Below the pieces are notes generated by a model, which was not told the DNA's origin, searched no databases, and was given only the letters and a program-made list of their open reading frames with translations. DNA of 64,000 nt from Thermofilaceae archaeon (GTDB taxonomy: Archaea; Thermoproteota; Thermoprotei; Thermofilales; Thermofilaceae), in NCBI GenBank assembly GCA_025057995.1, contig JANXEW010000004.1:24801-88800 (forward strand), written 5' to 3'. The number at the start of each line of letters is the position of its first letter. Position 1 is the first letter of the stretch. The translations under genes were made by a program, and so were the position numbers. Below, piece by piece: positions 53,427-61,635 of the stretch.

Positions 53427-54578
53427 GTGAAGAAGCTTAAGTACGCTGTCATCGGAGCGGGGATCATAGGATGCCAGCATGCTGGAGTAGCCGCTAAACT
53501 CGAGGAGTATGAACTGGTCGCGGTGGCCGACATAGTTGAGGAGAAAGCCAAATCGTTGGCCGAAGAGTTCAACATCCGAGCATATACAAACTACATTGAA
53601 ATGCTCGAGAAGGAGGAGTTGGACGTCGTCTCAATCTGTACACCTCACCCGACGCATGCCGAAGTGGCGATCGAAGCGATGAAGCGCGGGGTTAACGTCT
53701 TGACTGAAAAGCCGATGGCGGCAACTGTCAACCAATGCCAGGCGATGATTAAGGAGTCGAGGAAGAGGGGGGTGAAGCTTGGAGTCGTCTTCCAGTACCG
53801 TTTCGAACCACGCTATCGCAAAGCTAGGGCACTAATTTCAGCTGGGGAGCTGGGCGACGTGTACAGAGGTCTGCTTCGATATGTTACATATAGGGATATG
53901 GCCTACTTCGCTAGCGCCGCTTGGCGCGGAAAGTGGCATACAGAGGGGGGTGGCGTGCTTATTAACCAGGCTGTACACTTTGTTGACTTGTTCCTTTGGA
54001 TGGTTGGGAAAAGGGCAACTGAAGTGTTCGCTTTTGCTGGCACGCTTGGTCACGAAATTGAAGTCGAGGACCTAGTAAGCTCCGCCGTACTCTTCGAAGG
54101 AGGCTGCCAGGGGGTCATCCAGTGTTCAACCTTGGACTACCCCGATATGATAAACATCGAGGTTCGCGGTGACAGAGGAATGTTGCTAGTGGAGACGAGC
54201 CCCAAGAACGTAGAGGGGGGCTTGAGAAACGAGACGCGCGTCTACCTCTATAGAAACTCGCCGCCTATTAGGAGAGTTATCTTTTCCTCGCTCAAACCCG
54301 GATACCGTAGGTTAGGCTGTGAGATTGAAGAGATCACAGAAGAGCCTTCCTCTACGAGGTCGTCGCATGAAGCTGTGCTCAGGGACTTCGCAAAAGCGGT
54401 GCTTGAGGACCGTGAGCCCGAGGTGCCAGGTGAAGAAGGAATGAAATCCGTTGAACTTGTGAACGCCATCATACTGTCTGCCGCAGAGCATACGACTGTA
54501 AAGTTGCCTCTCGAGCCAGCGCGATACGACGCGCTTCTCAGCAAACTCACGAACTTGCGTTCACCACCGTGGGATTAG
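53427..54578 (+). CDS. Gfo/Idh/MocA-family NAD(P)-dependent oxidoreductase
   Basis: LKYAVIGAGIIGCQH Rossmann start, plus CTPHPTHAEVAIEAMKRGVNVLTEKP. Confidence 0.85.
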   Translation: MKKLKYAVIGAGIIGCQHAGVAAKLEEYELVAVADIVEEKAKSLAEEFNIRAYTNYIEMLEKEELDVVSICTPHPTHAEVAIEAMKRGVNVLTEKPMAATVNQCQAMIKESRKRGVKLGVVFQYRFEPRYRKARALISAGELGDVYRGLLRYVTYRDMAYFASAAWRGKWHTEGGGVLINQAVHFVDLFLWMVGKRATEVFAFAGTLGHEIEVEDLVSSAVLFEGGCQGVIQCSTLDYPDMINIEVRGDRGMLLVETSPKNVEGGLRNETRVYLYRNSPPIRRVIFSSLKPGYRRLGCEIEEITEEPSSTRSSHEAVLRDFAKAVLEDREPEVPGEEGMKSVELVNAIILSAAEHTTVKLPLEPARYDALLSKLTNLRSPPWD

Positions 54579-54623
54579 AAAAGGGGGAGATATAGAAATA
54601 AGCCTCTAGAATGAATCCCTCAC

Positions 54624-55634
54624 GTGAGCGGGATAAGGTTTGGTCGAATCCTAGAGAGAGATGTTCAGGAATCCTTCTATTGTTGGGTAAGGGAGGCGAT
54701 AGGAGAAGGGGCAGAACGTTTCCGGCTTGAGGACCCTAGCAAGTTCTGGCGCTTTTCCTGGGATGAGAAAATCTACACGGAGTTTACGGAAGCTACTTAT
54801 AAGAGGCCGCCAGGTCTGGTAACGCTATCACTGCGTTCGCGTGAGGTCTTTCAGAACGGTGTCTTTCAGCTGCACGCTAAGCTACCTGATTGGGGTCCCC
54901 AGGGTCCGATGCTGTGGTTCGGGTTCGAAGCTGAAGACCTTTTTGGAGGCGGTGTAGCCCACTTCATGCTACAAGGTGGGCAGCTTAGGGCCTTTGCAGG
55001 CGCTTGGCCGCACCCGACCAGCCTCCGCCTCGCAGGTCTTCCGGAGGACTATAGTTCCAAGCGTCATACGTATACTGTAAGAGTCCATGACAGGTTGTGC
55101 CTGTGGTTTATCGACAACAGGTTGAGCGCCGCGATGGCTCTCACCGATAGTGAGAAGAACTTCGTCTTATACGAGGGAATGCCATACTCGTTGGGCGTAA
55201 CCGTGCTGAAACCAAGCGCTATGGCCATCCTTATAGACATCGACGGCGGGACAACTGAGAGGGAATGGGTTTGGAACGACCTTCACCCATGGGGGCTTAG
55301 AGTCCTTGAGGGTAGCGCAAAGCCATACCTAGCTCTCAAACTGTACCGTTACGGCAGAGACGAGACTCTTGAGGGCAAGGTTGAAGGGGTAACCGTCTCC
55401 CACCCTGTACCAGCAGCAGGCTCCAGAGTCACTTTCAGCGTGGTGTCCACAGTGAACCTTGCGCGCGTCGAGGCTTGCACGCTCGACGGTCGTTGGGTAG
55501 TCTTGGATGAGCTTGAGCTGAAAGCTGGAAAGCTTCTGCGATGGTCGGAGGTCGTGAGCGAGCCGTTCGTCAGATTAACGCTAGAGCCCGTCGGACAGGG
55601 CGAAGTTTCACTAGCTGAAGCGTACATTTGTTAG
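54624..55634 (+). CDS. hypothetical protein (beta-rich, possibly lectin/jelly-roll-like)
   Basis: 336-aa ORF with a GTG start and no recognised motif. Coding-like composition and no competing ORF. Confidence 0.5.
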   Translation: MSGIRFGRILERDVQESFYCWVREAIGEGAERFRLEDPSKFWRFSWDEKIYTEFTEATYKRPPGLVTLSLRSREVFQNGVFQLHAKLPDWGPQGPMLWFGFEAEDLFGGGVAHFMLQGGQLRAFAGAWPHPTSLRLAGLPEDYSSKRHTYTVRVHDRLCLWFIDNRLSAAMALTDSEKNFVLYEGMPYSLGVTVLKPSAMAILIDIDGGTTEREWVWNDLHPWGLRVLEGSAKPYLALKLYRYGRDETLEGKVEGVTVSHPVPAAGSRVTFSVVSTVNLARVEACTLDGRWVVLDELELKAGKLLRWSEVVSEPFVRLTLEPVGQGEVSLAEAYIC

Positions 55635-56191
55635 AGACCTATACACTCTGCGACTTGATTCGTCGCCTCGAGGGCGGTAGCTAGGAAGTCTTCTAGCTTC
55701 AAACCTAGCAGCTCGCATTCTTTCAAACGATCTCTGTCCACACCCCTAGCGAAATCTTTCTGTCTAAACTTGCGCAACAGACTCTCGAGCTTTACTTCAG
55801 CTAGTTTCTTGCTCGGCATCACGAGAGCGGTAGCTATGATTAACCCGCTCGCGTGGTCCGCTGCTCTTAATGCATGCGTTAAACGCTCGGCTGCTGGATT
55901 TATCGCTTTAAAACCGTTGTGCTCATTGTGTCCTGCAATCGCCTCTAGAGCATGTAGAGGCAGTTTCCCTTCTAAGATTTCGAGAGCCTTCAAGCCGTGT
56001 CGGCTAGGATCTTGCCCAACTTCGTCGTAGTCGATGTCGTGCAGAAGTCCTACCAGTCCCCACGTCTCCTCTTCTTCGCCCAAAACCCGCGCAACTGCCC
56101 TCATTATTGCTTCGACCGCTAGACAATGTTTCACCATCCTGTCGTTCTTCAAGTGCTTCTTCAGAAGCTCGAAAGCCTCCCCTCTGTCCAC
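55631..56191 (-). CDS. HD-domain metal-dependent phosphohydrolase
   Basis: HCLAVEAIMR...GLLHDIDY (H...HD motif). Confidence 0.8.
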   Translation of the reverse strand: MDRGEAFELLKKHLKNDRMVKHCLAVEAIMRAVARVLGEEEETWGLVGLLHDIDYDEVGQDPSRHGLKALEILEGKLPLHALEAIAGHNEHNGFKAINPAAERLTHALRAADHASGLIIATALVMPSKKLAEVKLESLLRKFRQKDFARGVDRDRLKECELLGLKLEDFLATALEATNQVAECIGL

Positions 56192-56257
56192 ATTCTAGCC
56201 CACTCTGCTCGAAGGTAAAAGCTTGATGTTTAATACCTCCATTTTGGAAGGGTTCTC

Positions 56258-57214
56258 ATGAAGCTTCCACAGCATGGATGGTTGAAGGTTCAGCTTCACT
56301 CTCATTCGACGCGCTCGGACGGCAGGCTGGAACCTCAGAAGGTTGTAGACTTTTACGCTAACGCAGGCTTCAGCGTAGTGTCTATCACCGACCACAACAA
56401 GATCACTCAGGTTTTACATCCCCACGTTTTGACTCCTCCAGGTCTTGAAGTAGCTGTCCGTGAAAATGGGGATGAATTCCATATAGTGGTCATAGGAGCT
56501 GAAGAGCTGCCGCCTATGGCTGTGCGGAGCAGCGTGTCCCATGTCTTCGAGTGGTGCCGAGACAACGATCTTTACGCGTTCCTGGCGCATCCATACTGGA
56601 GCATGCTCAACGCAGGCGACCTCTTGAATCTGAAGAGTTGCTACGGTGTCGAAGTCTACAACCACGGCTGTGAGGTGGAGATCAGTAGAGGATACTCTGG
56701 TCATCACTGGGACTATGTTCTCTCGAAGGGGCTTATGCTCCAGGGGTTGGCTGTCGACGACTCTCACACGTACACTGTCGACAGCCTCGGCGGGTGGTTG
56801 GAGGTGGACGCGGAAAGCCTCGACCCTGAAGCTGTCATCAAGGCTCTCAAGAGCGGGCACTTTTACGCTTCAAGTGGCGTAAAGGTCGAGTCGTTCGAGT
56901 GGGAGAACGGTTTTGTCCGCATTAAGACTTGTGGAGCGAACGTGGTAAAGCTCCTCTCGGGAAACACGAAGGGCGCATACTTGAGCTTCAACCTACTACG
57001 TAAGCTCGCTAACACAGAGGGATTGCCGCTCGATGTTGAGCTTTGGGAGGAAGGCTTCAGGATAAAATCAAGGGAAGTAACTGTTGAAGGGAAATTGAGA
57101 GCGAACCTCTTCGTAGAGGTGGTTATGCGCGGCCAAATCCCCGCACGAGGTTACGCGCGGTTAGAACTAATTGAAGGGCTTTGCTCCGCTTGGCTTAACC
57201 CTGTAAAGGTGTAA
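56258..57214 (+). CDS. PHP-domain metal-dependent phosphoesterase
   Basis: VQLHSHSTRSDG, SITDHN, and AHPYW blocks. Confidence 0.75.
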   Translation: MKLPQHGWLKVQLHSHSTRSDGRLEPQKVVDFYANAGFSVVSITDHNKITQVLHPHVLTPPGLEVAVRENGDEFHIVVIGAEELPPMAVRSSVSHVFEWCRDNDLYAFLAHPYWSMLNAGDLLNLKSCYGVEVYNHGCEVEISRGYSGHHWDYVLSKGLMLQGLAVDDSHTYTVDSLGGWLEVDAESLDPEAVIKALKSGHFYASSGVKVESFEWENGFVRIKTCGANVVKLLSGNTKGAYLSFNLLRKLANTEGLPLDVELWEEGFRIKSREVTVEGKLRANLFVEVVMRGQIPARGYARLELIEGLCSAWLNPVKV

Positions 57215-57218
57215 ACTG

Positions 57219-57929
57219 GTGTCGGCGGGTTTGGCTATAAGCGTTGACGTTTGGGATACTCTCCTCAGGCTGGACAGGTATTATGCGTGCTTGGCGGAAT
57301 CCATCTCACAGGTCACTGGGTTTAGCTCGAGGGACGTGCTCAATGCTCTTCAGAGTGCGCGAGCTAAAGTGAAACATCTCAGAGTTGCGGGCTCGATAGA
57401 TGTTAAACGAATTGTAGACCAGTGCTTGAGCCTACTAGCTGTAGAGTTGGCAACGACTCCTGAGGCGTTGAAGAGAGGGATAGCAAAGTCTACCTTAGAC
57501 ATAAGGCGGGAGGGACTCGTTTACGAGGATGCGGTGGAGGCTCTAAAACAGTTGCACAACGAGGGTATACCCGTGGTGGCTGTCAGCAACGTGATGTGGT
57601 GGCCTGGCTTTGTTACTCGTATTGTGGTCGAAAAAGCCGGGATCGGGTATCTGTTGGCCGCGCAACTGTACGCTGACGAGGTTGAAGCGCTTAAGCCTGA
57701 CCCGCTAGTCTTTCAGAAAGCTTCTGAAGCCTTAAAGATGGCTGGCTCTACTGTAGAGCTTAAGATTCACGTTGGTGACGACTTCCGTGAAGACTTCCTT
57801 GGAGCGATGTCAGCCGGCCTCAAGGGCGTGTTAGTGGATCGACGGGGGGAGTGGGAAGAGGGAGTTTATTTCAAGGGGAAAGGTTGCGTGATAAAGGACA
57901 TGCGTAAAATTCTCGATTTACTCACCTGA
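57219..57929 (+). CDS. HAD-superfamily hydrolase
   Basis: Motif I SVDVWDTLL, motif II VSN, motif IV VGDDFREDFLGA. Confidence 0.75.
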   Translation: MSAGLAISVDVWDTLLRLDRYYACLAESISQVTGFSSRDVLNALQSARAKVKHLRVAGSIDVKRIVDQCLSLLAVELATTPEALKRGIAKSTLDIRREGLVYEDAVEALKQLHNEGIPVVAVSNVMWWPGFVTRIVVEKAGIGYLLAAQLYADEVEALKPDPLVFQKASEALKMAGSTVELKIHVGDDFREDFLGAMSAGLKGVLVDRRGEWEEGVYFKGKGCVIKDMRKILDLLT

Positions 57930-57980
57930 ACCCGTTGATACTCAGAGGTTTTTACGCTCTAGTAGGGTAACACGTCCTTC

Positions 57981-58766
57981 TTACCCTGCAGAGAGCAGTG
58001 TGTCTAGTAAAAGCATACCGATGAAGCCTGCAAAGAAGCCTATGGTTGAAGGTTCATCGTGTTCATGGCCATAGATTTCAGGCACTACCTCGTGTACGAC
58101 GACATAGATCATTGCTCCAGCCGCTAGCGCGCTTGTGAAGGGTAGAGCTGCTTCCACGTGCTCCACTATAAGAGGGGGGATTAGGGCTGAGAGTGCCTCA
58201 GCGACGCCGCTCATGATGCCGACAGAGAACGCTAAGAGGCTTCCCTTGCCGGGAACAAGGGGTAGCGCGACCGCTAGACCTTCAGGCACATCCTGCATAC
58301 CAATCGCTAGAGCTATGACTAACCCGTCTGCGAGATTCCTTGTAGCAGCTGCTCCAACAGCCATCCCCTCAGGTATATTATGTACAACCATGGCTAACGC
58401 CACTAGTAGCTCCTTCTTAATCTGTTTGTGCGGCCCTTCCATACCCTTGACCCAGTGGAAGTGGGGTAGAGCAGCGTCAAAGCCCTTGATGAGAGCGGCA
58501 CCAAGGAGGAAGCCTAGCGTAGCTGACAAGGGTCCTCCGGATTCGACAGCTGGAATTAGGAGACTTGTGAAGGAGGCGACGAGCATCACGCCAGCTGCAA
58601 ACCCCATGCTAGTGTCCCTAGCCCTCTCGCTCATCTTAGAGCCTAGTAGAACCGGTATAGACCCGATTGCCGTCATAACCGCTGGTATCGAGCTGACGGC
58701 CAAGACCCTAAGAAGCAACGGAGCTTCTTCAAAGGTCTTAACTATGACCTCTGTCACCCAACCCAT
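57981..58766 (-). CDS. zupT: ZIP-family divalent metal transporter (ZupT-like)
   Basis: HNIPEGMAVG and QDVPEGLAVA signature helices. Confidence 0.85.
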   Translation of the reverse strand: MGWVTEVIVKTFEEAPLLLRVLAVSSIPAVMTAIGSIPVLLGSKMSERARDTSMGFAAGVMLVASFTSLLIPAVESGGPLSATLGFLLGAALIKGFDAALPHFHWVKGMEGPHKQIKKELLVALAMVVHNIPEGMAVGAAATRNLADGLVIALAIGMQDVPEGLAVALPLVPGKGSLLAFSVGIMSGVAEALSALIPPLIVEHVEAALPFTSALAAGAMIYVVVHEVVPEIYGHEHDEPSTIGFFAGFIGMLLLDTLLSAG

Positions 58767-58805
58767 GGCATCTCTCTCAGCTAATTCGGAAAAGTTTAAC
58801 GCTTG

Positions 58806-59378
58806 TTAAGCGAGTAAAGAGAACACCACCAGAGTAGTCGAAAAAGCTAGGAGAGCGCCGGCAATCAACTGCCTAAGATCGTGGGCTTTAAGTTCAAGAC
58901 GCGCCCACGCCACTGGGATTAAGAGAATGTAGAGGGGTGAAGTCTCTAGGCCTCTAACCAGCACTAGAGCTGTAGTGGGACCGGCTATGCCAGCCGCGTG
59001 AACGCTGATCTTCCACCGGGCGAAAACAGTTACAGCTGCCAGCCCCGCACTACTTAACATATAGGAGAGGGAGAGTACGGCATAGATCCAGTAGCCGCGC
59101 CAGAGCGAGTAAAGGATGCCTGAGGCATAGGATAGAATACTGATGAGATAGTACTTCCAACGCTTTTCTCGATTAGAGACGAAAATGTCAACCTTCTGCT
59201 TACCTGAGTCAATTATTATTGGCAAGAGAGGTAGCGCCGTTTGCGTAAGAATAAGTACGAACAACGCTTCGAACCCACCTAAGTTAGCTTTATGCCATAT
59301 TAGCAGGGCTATAAACCCACCATATAGTTGAGGCGCTGTTAACAGAGATATAGCTTGAGCCACTTTCCGCTTAAGCAC
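58806..59378 (-). CDS. polytopic membrane protein of unknown function
   Basis: 191 aa with about 6 hydrophobic helices. No firm motif. Confidence 0.5.
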   Translation of the reverse strand: MLKRKVAQAISLLTAPQLYGGFIALLIWHKANLGGFEALFVLILTQTALPLLPIIIDSGKQKVDIFVSNREKRWKYYLISILSYASGILYSLWRGYWIYAVLSLSYMLSSAGLAAVTVFARWKISVHAAGIAGPTTALVLVRGLETSPLYILLIPVAWARLELKAHDLRQLIAGALLAFSTTLVVFSLLA

Positions 59379-59434
59379 AAGCGGGTAGAGGCGGAGAGGC
59401 TAAGAGGATTTCGCAACCTGCTACCTTTAAGGGT

Positions 59435-60679
59435 TTAACGCTTCAACTTACTAGCTTTTACAGTTAAAAGGATCACGCCGATGTCTATAATGAGAGGAGC
59501 TAGGAGTGTAAAATCTTTGTAGCCTGACTCCCATAATACTCCACCCACGACAGGGGCTACAGCTGCGATCAGTCCGGCTAACAGGTTAGAGGTTGCTAGC
59601 CAAGACCCCCTCAGATCAGGTTCTGGAGCTTCCCAGAATGCGGTGATGAAGGGTATGAAGCTAACGCTTCCAGCGCCATACATGAAGCCGAAAGCTCCAG
59701 TAATTCCAGCGAAGACTAGAGCTCTAGGGTCATCTATGAAAGCCATAACAATCGTGCCAACGTAAAGCAGCGTGCGCGTCGTAATGAATACCTTTAACCA
59801 ACCAAACTTATCGGCTAGTGCGCCAGCTACAGTTGAGAACAGGACAAGCACGGCAAGACCAACTGTGTTCATCAGACCTATAGTGTAGGGGTCTGCGTGT
59901 CGAACTTCAACAAGCCATAGGGGAAGGTAGGAGAACGAGACGCTCATGGAGAATCGTAAAAAAGTCACGGCGAGTATCCAGATCATGTAATCCCCTCTCG
60001 AGAGAACGACCTTAAATCCTCTAAGTATAGAAGAGACGCTCGAGTTCGATCCACTCGAACCTCTTCTACCAGTGTCCTCAAGCGCGAGAGCTACAAGAGC
60101 TGCACTTAAAAGGGCTGCGAAAAGCTGGACATAGAAAATCGGGCGTATGCCCTCCACTGTTAAACCGCCGAAGGTTACGACTAACATTGTTGCCACGGGC
60201 GGTGAAAAAGAGCTAAATATGCTCCAGACTGAGCGTGACATCCCCATCGCCTTAGCCCTTGAGCCGCTGGAAGTGGTTTCAACAATTATTATATCGGATA
60301 TTGGAAAAACGAGAGTGGGTACGACCGATAGAAGGACAGTGGCTGGCAGTAGAAGAAGCCAGTTTACAGCCAGAGCATATATAAGAGCGGAAGCGGCGAA
60401 CAAGAGCAAACCGCAAAGCAAAGCTTTCTTTGTTCCGTACTTATCCATGAACCAACCTGCCGGTATAGCTGCTAAAGCTCCGATCAAGCTCCCTAGGCTG
60501 GAGAGAAGACCGAGTACCAACGGAGTGGCGCCAAGCAAAGCTGTGTAAAGCTGGCTATACGTAGCCGGTAGAGCGAAAGCCCAATTGAAAATACCAGTTG
60601 CGGCGATGAGAACTTTAAACCGTTTATCGAGCTTTGTTAGGAAGGGTTTTATAGCTGCGCGGACGTAGCGGAGAAGCAC
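59435..60679 (-). CDS. MFS transporter
   Basis: 414 aa with about 12 TM helices. MFS-like loop WFMDKYGTKKAL. Confidence 0.75.
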   Translation of the reverse strand: MLLRYVRAAIKPFLTKLDKRFKVLIAATGIFNWAFALPATYSQLYTALLGATPLVLGLLSSLGSLIGALAAIPAGWFMDKYGTKKALLCGLLLFAASALIYALAVNWLLLLPATVLLSVVPTLVFPISDIIIVETTSSGSRAKAMGMSRSVWSIFSSFSPPVATMLVVTFGGLTVEGIRPIFYVQLFAALLSAALVALALEDTGRRGSSGSNSSVSSILRGFKVVLSRGDYMIWILAVTFLRFSMSVSFSYLPLWLVEVRHADPYTIGLMNTVGLAVLVLFSTVAGALADKFGWLKVFITTRTLLYVGTIVMAFIDDPRALVFAGITGAFGFMYGAGSVSFIPFITAFWEAPEPDLRGSWLATSNLLAGLIAAVAPVVGGVLWESGYKDFTLLAPLIIDIGVILLTVKASKLKR

Positions 60680-60771
60680 GAACCTGCTTTACAAGCGTTC
60701 TAATAACGTTAACCTATTAACAACGCCGTTGGTTTGGAAAGGCATTTTTATCCATTCATTTAAGTGGATGC

Positions 60772-61635
60772 GTGAAAGAGTTTTGGGAGTTCATGGGCTT
60801 AAGCGGTAAGAGAGTAGCTGTCGTTCATCATGATGACCTTGGCATGTTTCACGCCCAGAACGACGCCTATCGAGCGCTTCCCTTTGCTACAGGATCGATT
60901 CTGGCGCCTGCGCCATGGGTACCCGACTTAATTGTAAACAAGAAGCCTGACGCGGATTTGGGAGTACACCTCACGTTGAACAGTGAGTGGTCACACTGCA
61001 GGATTAGACCACTTACTTGTGGTAGAAGCCTTAGGGATGAACAAGGCTACTTGTTCAAGTCTCTAGATGAGGCTTGGAGGAGTGTTAGAGTTGAAGAGGC
61101 CGAAGCTGAGTTTAGAGCTCAGATTGAGCAAGTTGCCAGGCTTGGCGTCGACGTGACTCATGTTGACACGCACATGGGCTCTATCGCACGCCCAGATCTC
61201 GCTGAAGTATACCTGAAGTTAGCCTGCGAGTATCGTTTGCCAGCTCTAATACTGGAAGACGTTGAAAATCTCGCCGTGCCAGCTGAATACAAGCGGAGTC
61301 TTAAGGCACTGGCGAACAAGGTCAGGATGCCGCGGTTGAGGCTTGCTGGAGTGCCTTACGTTAACTGGGATTTGGAAGCAAGGTGGCGCGCTTTCAGAGA
61401 CTTCCTGCTCGAAGCAGAACCTGGCGTGTATCACGTTGTTCATCACTCGTGTTTTTTCACTGACGAGACAAGAGATCTCCCCGACATTGGGATCAGAGAA
61501 GGGGATTACAAAATTCTCACAGATAGGGAGATAAGGAGAATCCTGGAAGAAAAATGGATCCTCATCACGTACAGAGAGATCCGAGACGCTTTCAGAAACT
61601 TCATGGGTAGTGAACCATGGATTGCTGAGAGCTAG
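60772..61635 (+). CDS. ChbG/YdjC-family carbohydrate deacetylase
   Basis: VVHHDDLGMFHAQNDA (the DDxG motif) and THVDTHMG (H-x-D-x-H). Confidence 0.75.
   Translation: MKEFWEFMGLSGKRVAVVHHDDLGMFHAQNDAYRALPFATGSILAPAPWVPDLIVNKKPDADLGVHLTLNSEWSHCRIRPLTCGRSLRDEQGYLFKSLDEAWRSVRVEEAEAEFRAQIEQVARLGVDVTHVDTHMGSIARPDLAEVYLKLACEYRLPALILEDVENLAVPAEYKRSLKALANKVRMPRLRLAGVPYVNWDLEARWRAFRDFLLEAEPGVYHVVHHSCFFTDETRDLPDIGIREGDYKILTDREIRRILEEKWILITYREIRDAFRNFMGSEPWIAES

Noticed and set aside
58135-58809. 224-aa plus-strand ORF
   Set aside because: It is antisense to the ZIP transporter gene, which carries clear HNIPEG/QDVPEG signatures. The plus-strand product is Ala/Ser/Thr/Pro/Arg-rich, typical of an antisense shadow ORF.
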